Shown here: positions 19,123-28,292 of the stretch, piece by piece
Layout of the letters: every line of letters begins with the position of its first letter
Numbering within the stretch: the first letter of the stretch is position 1
Source of the DNA: Candidatus Melainabacteria bacterium
GTDB lineage: Bacteria; Cyanobacteriota; Vampirovibrionia; 2-02-FULL-35-15
Assembly: GCA_023250205.1 (NCBI GenBank)
Contig: JAHFBE010000001.1
Coordinates: 66,428 to 130,427, forward strand
Direction: 5' to 3'
DNA: 64,000 nt
Notes under the pieces: model-generated
The model's database searches: none
Told to the model about the DNA's origin: nothing
The model's input: the letters and a program-made list of their open reading frames with translations, nothing else
Translations under genes and position numbers: made by a program

Positions 19123-19632
19123 ATGATAAACATTGGGGTTGATAATTTATTTCTTTTATTAATAACACTTACAGGTGCAACATATGATTGGAAAGCAAGA
19201 AGAATCCCAAACTGGCTTACATTTGGTGGACTAGCAATAATTCTTTCATTCAATACTTTTCATTTTGGGACTGAAGGCTTTATAAATTCTTTATTAGGTT
19301 TTGTATCTGGCATTGGGCTTTTACTCATCCCATATTTACTTGGTGGAATGGGGGCAGGTGATGTAAAACTTCTTGGAACTGTTGGTGCAATAGCCGGATA
19401 TAAAGGAATTGTTGTTATCTTTTTTTACACTGCAATCAGCGGATTGATTATTGGCATTATTTGGCTAATTTTTACCCCTGATCGTCTTAAATTTCTGATA
19501 ACAACAGGACAAATATTACCAACTGTAGATAAAAAACAAAAAGTCCCCTATGGTATTGCTATCCTAATGGGAACAATTCTATATATAATGTTTGGAGTGA
19601 ATAATATTTTTAACATAATCACATGGCAGTAA
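19123..19632 (+). CDS. cpaA: Prepilin peptidase CpaA/TadV (A24 family).
   Basis: Catalytic Asp motifs in context (TYDWKARRIPN, GGMGAGDVKLL). Polytopic membrane protein. Confidence 0.85.
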   Translation: MINIGVDNLFLLLITLTGATYDWKARRIPNWLTFGGLAIILSFNTFHFGTEGFINSLLGFVSGIGLLLIPYLLGGMGAGDVKLLGTVGAIAGYKGIVVIFFYTAISGLIIGIIWLIFTPDRLKFLITTGQILPTVDKKQKVPYGIAILMGTILYIMFGVNNIFNIITWQ

Positions 19633-20495
19633 ATCCACAATCATTTACCCCAAAAACAAAGAACAAATTAAGTTCTCTAATTGTAATGATTATTATTGCA
19701 ATTTTCTTAGGCTTAATCGCTGCTGTTGGTATTTGGCAATATTTAAATAAAACTCAACAACAGGTAAAAGAGTTTACTGTTACAAGAGCAGTAGTAGTAG
19801 CAAGTAAAGAAATTCCGGCTGGAAAAAGTATTGAGGAAACTGATCTTGCTATAAAACAATTACCCGCTAAAACAATTCCAAAAGACTATCCAAGTTCAAT
19901 TGATTCTATAAAAGGACGACTTGCAAAGCATACAATTGGACCTGAAGAAGTAATCACAGAGAGTAGATTGGTTGGTCAGGGTGCTGCTGGAGGCTTACCA
20001 GTAGTGATTCCTGCTGGTAAAAGAGCAATCACCATACGTGTAAATGAAGTAGTTGGAGTAGGTGGTTTCATTAATCCTGGTGATTTTGTTGATATCCTTG
20101 CAACTTTAAAGAAAAGCGATGAGCTAACCCTCTCAAAAACCATTTTGCAAAATGTTCAGGTTATTGCCGTAGGAGATAAAATATTCGATCCAAGCACTTA
20201 TTCAAATCCTCAGCCTAAAATCGTTTCTCAAGTAACATTTGCTCTATCACCAAAAGACTCTGAGAGACTAGCCCTGGCATCAGAAACCGGTCAGATTCAT
20301 CTGGTTTTAAGACCACACAGCGAAAAAGAATTGACTACTACTACAGGAGCTAACCTGGAAGATATTTATGGCTACATAGCTTCTGGAAATCAAGCCATAA
20401 ATATACCAATAATTCCAACTACAAGTGGTTCAAATATTGATAGGAATTCTATTGAAATTATTTTAGGTGACCAAAAAACTTATTATTATTATTAA
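19623..20495 (+). CDS. cpaB: Flp pilus assembly protein CpaB (SAF domain).
   Basis: N-terminal TM then an SAF/RcpC-like region. Position after cpaA. Confidence 0.75.
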   Translation: MAVNPQSFTPKTKNKLSSLIVMIIIAIFLGLIAAVGIWQYLNKTQQQVKEFTVTRAVVVASKEIPAGKSIEETDLAIKQLPAKTIPKDYPSSIDSIKGRLAKHTIGPEEVITESRLVGQGAAGGLPVVIPAGKRAITIRVNEVVGVGGFINPGDFVDILATLKKSDELTLSKTILQNVQVIAVGDKIFDPSTYSNPQPKIVSQVTFALSPKDSERLALASETGQIHLVLRPHSEKELTTTTGANLEDIYGYIASGNQAINIPIIPTTSGSNIDRNSIEIILGDQKTYYYY

Positions 20496-20653
20496 TTCTT
20501 CTTTTTCTTATAACAATTCATACTAACCTTATATGTATTCTTAATCACTAAATCAACTTATTAATTTAGTTAATATTAGGGTACATTATAAATAATATAG
20601 ATCTTAAAGAAAGTTAGTAAAAAACTGTTTTTTGATCTTAAGAGAGGCACTAT

Positions 20654-21082
20654 ATGTTTTTGCGAATAATTTCTAATCGTTCACATAAAGGAAGTGTAAT
20701 GGCTGAAGCAGCTTTAACTATTCCACTCTTGCTGGGTATTACTTTTATAATTATTGAGTTTGGTAATGTTTTATACTTGACAAACACATTAAATCAAATC
20801 TCAAGATCGGCAGCTAGGTCTGCCTCTGTAACACCCTCCTATACACAACAAGGATTAATTGATGCCTCCAGAGCCTCCGCTCTACTTCCTGACATTTCAA
20901 AATTAACTCTCAATGTAACTCCAGCTCCCGGGGCTGTAAGAAGTATTGGAGCAACCATAACAGTAACAGCACAATATAGTTATATACCTCTTATTAATCC
21001 ATTTGGATTTTTTAATTCAAATCAAACTTGGGCACCTACAATTAGAGGTATTTCTGCTGCCAGATCGGAGGTCTCAAGCTAA
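20654..21082 (+). CDS. TadE-like pseudopilin (copy 2).
   Basis: GSVMAEAALTIPLLLGITFIIIEFGNVLYLTNTLNQISR. ~60% identical to copy 1. Confidence 0.75.
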   Translation: MFLRIISNRSHKGSVMAEAALTIPLLLGITFIIIEFGNVLYLTNTLNQISRSAARSASVTPSYTQQGLIDASRASALLPDISKLTLNVTPAPGAVRSIGATITVTAQYSYIPLINPFGFFNSNQTWAPTIRGISAARSEVSS

Positions 21083-22068
21083 TGATACGAAATAATAAAG
21101 GAGTAGTAGCTGCGTTGCTTGTACTAATGATTCCTGTTGTTCTTGGAATGGGAGGTTATGTAACAGATTTATCGATTCAATATTTAAATAGGACTAGAAT
21201 AGAAAATGCAATTGATTTTTCTGCTCTTGCTGGCATTTCTCAATTAGCAAATCAATCTAATGTAAGCAATGCTAAGCAAGCTGCACTTAACTATTTAAAT
21301 ACTAATTTAACAGCTTCATTGTCATCGTTTGCTTCTTTATCTTTAAACAGTCCAGGACTTTCAATTCAAGCAGGTGTTTACGACTTTATTAATATGTCTT
21401 TTACTTTAGATGAACAAAATCCTAATATAAATGCACTTAAGATTTCTTATACCTATAACTCACCAACATTTCTTTCTCAAATATTTATGATAAATAGTGT
21501 AAATGTAACTGAAAGTGCTACAGCTGCAAAACAGCCTGCTGGCTGTGCTTCACCGGGAACAGGTTTTCCAATTACAATAGATGTCTCTTCTCTAGATACT
21601 GCTGCACAAAATAATAATATGCTTAATCTAAGTATAATGAATCAAAGTTATTGGACTCAATTTACCAATATTAATCCCAGTACTACTGATATTAATAATA
21701 TAATTGATTACTTTCAATCTGGTAATGGGACAAAACCTCCCGGTGTTAGCGTAAACGATAATATTAGAATAAACGATGGAAATATGAATGCTGTATTTAT
21801 GACTCTGGATCCTGCTGTTTTAGTGGGAATGAACTATATATTCTCTGTAGTTACTGTAAATTCGTCTACCGATGCAACTATTAATGCTTTTGTAACAGCA
21901 ACAATTAATAATATTGTTAGCAGCATGGGTCAACAATATGTAACTATAACAATAGTGCCAGGAAACATAGATAATGCCTTTGGTGGGCTGCAAATATGTT
22001 CAGGTCAAGCTAATGTAAGTTCAAGCAATCAGTTTCTATTATCAGATGCCTTTGGAATAGTCCAATAA
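21082..22068 (+). CDS. TadG-like protein (copy 2).
   Basis: N-terminal TM. Collinear similarity to 16559..17572 (…IENAIDFSALAGISQLAN…, C-terminal …SDAFGIVQ). Confidence 0.65.
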   Translation: MIRNNKGVVAALLVLMIPVVLGMGGYVTDLSIQYLNRTRIENAIDFSALAGISQLANQSNVSNAKQAALNYLNTNLTASLSSFASLSLNSPGLSIQAGVYDFINMSFTLDEQNPNINALKISYTYNSPTFLSQIFMINSVNVTESATAAKQPAGCASPGTGFPITIDVSSLDTAAQNNNMLNLSIMNQSYWTQFTNINPSTTDINNIIDYFQSGNGTKPPGVSVNDNIRINDGNMNAVFMTLDPAVLVGMNYIFSVVTVNSSTDATINAFVTATINNIVSSMGQQYVTITIVPGNIDNAFGGLQICSGQANVSSSNQFLLSDAFGIVQ

Positions 22069-22192
22069 ATAAAAATGAGTAGGCTTAGCCCTATTTCTAG
22101 GTCTACAACTTTATAGGGGAAACAATAAAAATTATTTCCTAAGATGAGTATAATTCTTAATAGAACTACCCTAAAGAAGTGGAGAGGAAGAT

Positions 22193-22429
22193 ATGAAAAA
22201 AATCTTTTCTAAAAATTTTCTTATAATTAGCTTAATTTTATCGCTTTTGTCATTTAATAATTTTGCACTTGCTGAGTGCATTACTGTGGGAAAACCAGTT
22301 GGGGCAGAATGTCATTTTGAAGACTGCGAATGTGCAACAGATGTTTGCCTAAATGGATTATGTGTAGAATGTGCAGATGACACTGATTGCCAAGATAGCA
22401 AACAATGTGTTGCTAATAAATGCGAGTAA
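22193..22429 (+). CDS. Small secreted cysteine-rich peptide (signal peptide + 51-aa mature region with 10 Cys).
   Basis: Strong RBS (GGAGAGGAAG). Signal peptide MKKIFSKNFLIISLILSLLSFNNFALA. Mature ECITVGKPVGAECHFEDCECATDVCLNGLCVECADDTDCQDSKQCVANKCE. Confidence 0.55.
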   Translation: MKKIFSKNFLIISLILSLLSFNNFALAECITVGKPVGAECHFEDCECATDVCLNGLCVECADDTDCQDSKQCVANKCE

Positions 22430-22434
22430 GCCTT

Positions 22435-24855
22435 CTAATTTAATTTTTTATTTTCCCTAGTCAATCTCATGGCTTCTTTAGCCTGAGAATATTTTTGCAT
22501 TTCTTTTTGCCAAGTTTGTTTTAGAGATTCCTGATATTGTGACAATTCAATTTGCTTCTTCTTTTCACTTTCTATTTTTCTTGTAAGCTTCTCTTTTTTT
22601 CTTTCTTCTTTTAGCTTTCTTTTTTCTTCATTACTAATTCTAGCTTTGCCTTGCCAGAAGAAATTTTTACTTTGTTTCATTTGATCATTCTTTTTTGAAT
22701 CATCTGAGTTTTCTATACTTTCTTTAAAATCCTTCTCAAGCTTTTTGTCTTCAAATCCATTTTTAGCTCTTTTTTGAAGCTCCAACCACTTAGAATTATC
22801 AGGCTTATTTGATACTTCTGACAATTCTTTTATAGGACTTTCTTTCGGGACTACCTCTTCAATCTGCTTTATTTCTTTTTGCTTCAATTGTTCTGAAAGC
22901 TTATTTAACTTATTTTCATTTAAAGATTTTTTATCACTCTCATCTAACAATGGATTATTATATTTTCCAGCATCAATTGGTTCTTTATTATCAGGACCTT
23001 GCTCATCCATCATATCTATCTGTGGTTTAAGCGGTGGCACTTGATTAAACTCATTATATGGAATCTCTGGATTTTTAAACTGAGCTATTTTATTTGGATC
23101 AGTTGCCCTAACAATCACTGGAGAAACAACTACCAAAAGCTCTGTCTGACCTTTTGTAAAAGACTTACTTCTAAATAATGTCCCTAGAATGGGTGCATCT
23201 CCAATACCAGGGACTTTTCTTAGACTTCTTGTATTATCTTCTCTAAGTAAACCACTAATGGCAAAAGCTTGTCCTGAATAAAGTTCAACCTGAGTTTGTG
23301 TTCTTCTTGTTCTAAATGCAGGTGGTCTTACAGAAGTTGATCCGGGAGGAACGACTAAATTTGAGAGCTCCGTATCTATATCCCTGATTTCAGGAATTAA
23401 TTGTAAAAATATTTTATCGTCACTAGTTAGTGTAGGTAATAACGAAAATTTGATTCCAAAAGGTTCATAAGTTACATCCTGACTTGCACCACCAGCAGTA
23501 AAAACAGATCTTAAAATTGGGACTTCGCCACCTGCTAGAAAAGAAGCTGGCTCTCCATTTGCAATTACAAGATTTGGCTCTGCCAGTGTTTTAATTTCTC
23601 CTCTTTGTTGCAATGCCTGTATAATTGCACCAATACCATTTTTAGGATTAAAAATTACTCCTGTAACTCCCTGACCAATCTCTTGAGAAAGGAATGAACC
23701 ATGACCAGCTCCATTTGCAAAAGAAAATTCAGAGCCTGTCTGTGCGCTTCCCGCCATAAATGACATCAATCCTACAATTGAACCTATACCACCAACAGTT
23801 TGACTTATTCCATTTCCACCAACAAAAGTACCAGCACCAAGAGTATTACCACCAGCAATTGTATTAAAGCCTAGATTTCTTGCAGCAGATCTATTGATTT
23901 CATAGAACCTTATAGCCACAGATATTTGAGCAGGATTGTCAACAGTTAGAAAACTTATAACTGAACCTCTTTGAGTAGTAGCAATTACCCCTCTGCTTAG
24001 ATTTGCATATCTATTAGAAGTAAATCTTAAAGGATCTCGTGCACCAAATGCAGTCGCTGAGCCTTGAGAACTCCCAGACTGAGAGTCTGAATTACTATAA
24101 ATATCATATCTACCGGAAAGTCCATCTACAATTTGACCTCCGGGTTGACTTATAATTTTTATTCCCTGATCACCAACATATGCTCCTGCAACCTGAAGAG
24201 CCCTTGCAATTATTTCTGCATTTGAAACTGCCCCTTTTAAAACAATCTTTCCAGTGGTAGCATTTGAACCTGCGCTTGAAGGACCAGTTGCTGGTTGACC
24301 ACTCGGTGATGGTTGGCTAGCTGCATTTGGATCTGGAGAAGCTGCCCCTCCTTGTGAAGCTGGATTTGAAGCTAAGGTACCACTTGGTGGAATGTATTCA
24401 ACTATAATGTTTTTGTCTAACTCACGCAATTGTTTAGTCAACAACTCAATATCAGGCCATACTGAAACATCAAACCTGCTTGGTTTGTCATTCCCTTTTT
24501 CCCAAATCAATACAGTACTGGTGCCAAGTTGCTTAGCTCTAGAAAATATTTCCTTTTCATTGAGGATCTGGATATCAACAATTGACGGATCACTTACAGC
24601 AACTCTTGAAACAGGCTTATCACTAAAAACAACTTCACCCTTACCTAAAATTATTTTCTTATCCTGTGTTTTATCTTGATAAAAATCAGCTTCTAAAAAA
24701 TAAACTTTGGAATTTGCAGGAAGCAAAAAATTTAAGATCGTTAAAACTACTAAAAGATATGATTTGATTAAAAGTTTTATTGAGGCGGAAGTATTAGTTT
24801 TCATAATCACGATAACGATTAGAGAACCAGCATTTAAAGAATTTGTTCCATACAA
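22435..24855 (-). CDS. cpaC: Tad secretin CpaC/RcpA with a Ser/Pro/Gly-rich linker and a ~230-aa K/E-rich coiled-coil C-terminal extension.
   Basis: Secretin core (GEIKTLAEPNLVIANGEPASFLAGGEVPI, LLVVVSPVIV). Long low-complexity SPSGQPATGPSS region. Charged C-terminal tail. Confidence 0.8.
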   Translation of the reverse strand: MYGTNSLNAGSLIVIVIMKTNTSASIKLLIKSYLLVVLTILNFLLPANSKVYFLEADFYQDKTQDKKIILGKGEVVFSDKPVSRVAVSDPSIVDIQILNEKEIFSRAKQLGTSTVLIWEKGNDKPSRFDVSVWPDIELLTKQLRELDKNIIVEYIPPSGTLASNPASQGGAASPDPNAASQPSPSGQPATGPSSAGSNATTGKIVLKGAVSNAEIIARALQVAGAYVGDQGIKIISQPGGQIVDGLSGRYDIYSNSDSQSGSSQGSATAFGARDPLRFTSNRYANLSRGVIATTQRGSVISFLTVDNPAQISVAIRFYEINRSAARNLGFNTIAGGNTLGAGTFVGGNGISQTVGGIGSIVGLMSFMAGSAQTGSEFSFANGAGHGSFLSQEIGQGVTGVIFNPKNGIGAIIQALQQRGEIKTLAEPNLVIANGEPASFLAGGEVPILRSVFTAGGASQDVTYEPFGIKFSLLPTLTSDDKIFLQLIPEIRDIDTELSNLVVPPGSTSVRPPAFRTRRTQTQVELYSGQAFAISGLLREDNTRSLRKVPGIGDAPILGTLFRSKSFTKGQTELLVVVSPVIVRATDPNKIAQFKNPEIPYNEFNQVPPLKPQIDMMDEQGPDNKEPIDAGKYNNPLLDESDKKSLNENKLNKLSEQLKQKEIKQIEEVVPKESPIKELSEVSNKPDNSKWLELQKRAKNGFEDKKLEKDFKESIENSDDSKKNDQMKQSKNFFWQGKARISNEEKRKLKEERKKEKLTRKIESEKKKQIELSQYQESLKQTWQKEMQKYSQAKEAMRLTRENKKLN

Positions 24856-24913
24856 AAGAATCAGTTATCTTGCTCAAGATAAGACTATTCTTAATCTCTA
24901 ATCGTGATATTCA

Positions 24914-25879
24914 CTATGACATTTTTCCCAGTGTTGAAACTAATTTAACAATTGGTGGACCCATTGTAACGGCCATTATCACGGGAAATATAAAAATTGC
25001 AAGTGGAATCATCATTTTAATAGTCATTTGAGCAGCTTTTTCTTCTGCTTTTTGTTTTCTACGTACTCTTAAAAATTCAGCTTGGTTTCTAAGTACTGTA
25101 CCTACACTTGCCCCAACTTTTTCAGATTGAACAATTACCCTTGCAAGATTTTTTAATTCCTCCGAATTTGCTCTTTCTCCAAAGTTTGCCCAGCATATTG
25201 CTCTTTCTTGTCCCAAGCTTAATTCTCGGTTAGTTAAAATTATTTCTTCAGTAAGTTCTTTACCCTTTGAACCAAGATTTGAAGCTACTCTTAAAAGTGC
25301 TTGATCAATTCCCATACCAGCCTCCGTACATATAACCAGCAAATCAAGTGCATCAGGTAATACTTTATCAATACTCTGCTGTCTCTCACCAGCAATTTTG
25401 TCAACAAACATATTTGTACCTATAAAGCCAATTGCCCCCGTAACAAAAGCAAGTCCAAAAGCAGCCTGTATATCTTTACCAAGAATCGAGCAAGCAAATA
25501 GAACCCCACCAGCAAGTGAAACAGCAACAGCAGACTTTATTGCATAAAAGAACTGTAATGATTTTTTACTCCTAAATCCAGCTCTGATTAATAGTTTTCT
25601 CATCTGAGATTGTTTGTTATATGGAACCTTTTCAGCCATCCAGTTTCCAACCTGTTCTCCCAATGGAAGTAAAACTCTTCTTGCAAATGTTTCATCCTTA
25701 TCTGGACTCTGCTGAGCTCCGTACAAACCAGTACTTCTTTCTGAAAGCCAGAATTTTAATCTTTTATTTATTTCTTTTGACTGCGAAGAAATCTCTTTCA
25801 TTCTATAGGCAATAAGCAAAAGGAGGAAAATCAATCCAAATGTACATAAACTAATTAATATAAATGCAAAGGAACTCAT
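24914..25879 (-). CDS. tadC: TadC (GspF-like inner-membrane platform protein).
   Basis: T2SS-F-like domain, polytopic. Position downstream of tadB. Confidence 0.8.
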   Translation of the reverse strand: MSSFAFILISLCTFGLIFLLLLIAYRMKEISSQSKEINKRLKFWLSERSTGLYGAQQSPDKDETFARRVLLPLGEQVGNWMAEKVPYNKQSQMRKLLIRAGFRSKKSLQFFYAIKSAVAVSLAGGVLFACSILGKDIQAAFGLAFVTGAIGFIGTNMFVDKIAGERQQSIDKVLPDALDLLVICTEAGMGIDQALLRVASNLGSKGKELTEEIILTNRELSLGQERAICWANFGERANSEELKNLARVIVQSEKVGASVGTVLRNQAEFLRVRRKQKAEEKAAQMTIKMMIPLAIFIFPVIMAVTMGPPIVKLVSTLGKMS

Positions 25880-25881
25880 TG

Positions 25882-26877
25882 TTATACCTCAAGTTTTGTA
25901 ATTTTCTGAATGACTAAATAACCAAAAGTCATTGAAATTGCACATCCAATTAAAATAATTTTTCCAATGGGATCAGTAGCAAACGAATTGTATACAGCTG
26001 GAGCCAATAGATTCAATACAATATATAAGCCAATCGGAAGAACTAATAATAAAACTGCAGATGCCTGATTTTCTGCTGTTAAAGCTTTAATCATTCCTTT
26101 TAGTCTGAATCTTTCTCTCACTGTATTTCCTATACTTGAAGTCAGTTCAGCCAGATTTCCACCAAGCTCCCTATTTATAATTATTCCAGTACATAAGATC
26201 TGGACATCCATAGTGTTTACTCTTCTTGAAAGATTGTTTAAAGCTTCACTTATCGGGAGTCCAAGATTAATTTCAATAATAACTTTTCCAAATTCTTCAC
26301 CAATTGGTCCAGGGAATTCTTCGGCTAAATGCTTTAGAGCAGCCTGAACATCCAATCCTGCACGAACATCACTACTAATCAAATCCAGTGCTTGAGGGAG
26401 TTGCTGAACAAATGCAGCTGTCCGCCTTTCTTTTAAGAACGTGAGTAAAATATACGGAACTATAGCTATACCAAATCCCACAAATGGAATATGAAAGAAT
26501 ATATTCACAAGCATAAATCCAGTTAATCCAAGGAATACAGTAAAAAGTAAAAATTCCCCTGCTTTTATTTTTAAGCCGCTTTGTTCTATAAGATTAATCA
26601 ATGACCTTGCGTTTTCTTTCAGGAATTTTAAGAAAATAGTATTTAACCATGGAATAGAGCTTATTCTCAGATCTCTCCTTAAATCAGATTCTTCGCCATC
26701 TTGACTAAGATTAGACTTTTCTTCAGCAAAAAAATGGTCTGTGCTATCAAGCGCTCGTTCCAATCTTTTATTCTGATGTTTTTTTTCTTGAGCATTCTGC
26801 CATATAAAAAAAGCAGACATGCAAAGCAATATTACTGCAATAAAACCAATTACAGAAAAGAACAAAGGTGCAAGCAT
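25882..26877 (-). CDS. tadB: TadB (GspF-like inner-membrane platform protein).
   Basis: T2SS-F-like domain. Follows cpaF. Confidence 0.8.
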   Translation of the reverse strand: MLAPLFFSVIGFIAVILLCMSAFFIWQNAQEKKHQNKRLERALDSTDHFFAEEKSNLSQDGEESDLRRDLRISSIPWLNTIFLKFLKENARSLINLIEQSGLKIKAGEFLLFTVFLGLTGFMLVNIFFHIPFVGFGIAIVPYILLTFLKERRTAAFVQQLPQALDLISSDVRAGLDVQAALKHLAEEFPGPIGEEFGKVIIEINLGLPISEALNNLSRRVNTMDVQILCTGIIINRELGGNLAELTSSIGNTVRERFRLKGMIKALTAENQASAVLLLVLPIGLYIVLNLLAPAVYNSFATDPIGKIILIGCAISMTFGYLVIQKITKLEV

Positions 26878-26880
26878 AAT

Positions 26881-28275
26881 TTATAAGGTCACATTAAACA
26901 TTTCTGCAGGTAATTTATAACCCATCGCTTCTAGCTTCTTTGAAAATAGTGGCCTTACCCCCGATGGTTTAAATATACCCTTTACCTTACCATTTTCGTC
27001 TATCCCTTTTTGTTCAAATACAAACACATCCTGAGTAGTGATAACACCATTTTCCAGCCCTGTTACCTCAGCAATTTGGGTAACCCTTCGTGAACCATCT
27101 GAAGCTCTATTTAACTGACAAATTAAACTTACCGCTGAAGCAATTTGTTCTCTTATAGCTTTTTGCGGAAGTTCAATCCCTGACATAAGACACATTGTTT
27201 CAAGTCTGCTAAAAGCATCTCTTGCAGTATTAGCATGTAATGTCCCCATACTGCCATCATGACCTGTGTTCATTGCTTGTAATAGATCAAGCGCTTCTCC
27301 AGATCTAATTTCTCCAAGAATTATTCTTTCCGGTCTCATACGTAAAGCATTTTTTACAAGATCCCTCTGAGAAATCTCGCCTTTTCCTTCAAGATTAGGT
27401 GGTCTTGTTTCAAGTCTAACGACATGGTCTCTTTGAAGCTGCAATTCAGCTGCATCTTCTATAGTTACAACTCTTTCCTGATCCGGAATATACCTGGAAA
27501 GAGCATTTAAAAAAGTAGTCTTACCAGAACCAGTACCACCAGAAACTATTATATTCATCCTACAAATCACACAGAGCTTCAATATGTCACACATTGCCTG
27601 AGTCATTGCTCCAAATTTAACAAGATCATCAAGGATGAATTTTTTCTCTGAGAATTTTCTTATTGAAAGGGAAGCTCCATCTATAGCAAGAGGTAAAATA
27701 ATTGCATTAACACGTGAACCATCTTTTAATCTTGCATCTACCATAGGAGAAGATTCATCCACTCTTCTACCAACACCGCTTGTAATGCGTGTTATAACTC
27801 TCATCAGATGACTCTCATCATCAAAAATAATATCAGTTTTTTCTAAGACCCCTTTTCTTTCAACATAAACATGATTTGGACCATTTACCAAAATATCATT
27901 AACAGCCGAGTCTCTCAACAAAGGCTCAATTGGACCCAGTCCCAAGATATCATCAATTAGTTCTTCTATTAATTGCTTTCTGTCATTAGTCCCTAGAGGT
28001 ACACCATCTTCTCTAAGGAGTGCTTCAATAAGATTTACAATTTGTTGTTTAGTAGAATCATCATTTATATCTTCACCTAGTTTTCCAGTATCAAGCTCTT
28101 CAAGAAGTTTCGAATGCAATTTTTTCTTTAAATCTTTATACGAGTTATTTGTCTTTGAGCTCGTAGCTGCAGTAGGCTTATGTTGGGCTGTCTTTAATTC
28201 TTCTTGAGAAGCAGATGGTCCGCCATCCTTCTTTGTAAAAAAATTCTTTGTAAAATGTTGATTTGGTTGACTCAT
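26881..28275 (-). CDS. cpaF: CpaF/TadA secretion ATPase.
   Basis: Walker A (IIVSGGTGSGKTT), Walker B/Asp box and His box (GHDGSMGTLHANTARDA). Confidence 0.92.
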   Translation of the reverse strand: MSQPNQHFTKNFFTKKDGGPSASQEELKTAQHKPTAATSSKTNNSYKDLKKKLHSKLLEELDTGKLGEDINDDSTKQQIVNLIEALLREDGVPLGTNDRKQLIEELIDDILGLGPIEPLLRDSAVNDILVNGPNHVYVERKGVLEKTDIIFDDESHLMRVITRITSGVGRRVDESSPMVDARLKDGSRVNAIILPLAIDGASLSIRKFSEKKFILDDLVKFGAMTQAMCDILKLCVICRMNIIVSGGTGSGKTTFLNALSRYIPDQERVVTIEDAAELQLQRDHVVRLETRPPNLEGKGEISQRDLVKNALRMRPERIILGEIRSGEALDLLQAMNTGHDGSMGTLHANTARDAFSRLETMCLMSGIELPQKAIREQIASAVSLICQLNRASDGSRRVTQIAEVTGLENGVITTQDVFVFEQKGIDENGKVKGIFKPSGVRPLFSKKLEAMGYKLPAEMFNVTL

Positions 28276-28292
28276 AGATTTATCTGCTCAAT

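Noticed and set aside
27581-27612. Sequence …GTCACACATTGCCTGAGTCATTGCTCC… inside cpaF, resembling the palindromic-element motifs (CCTGAGT, CATTGC).
   Set aside because: It translates to the native, conserved CpaF segment (FGAMTQAMCDILKLCV…) with no extra residues. There are no inverted termini. Likely a chance resemblance.
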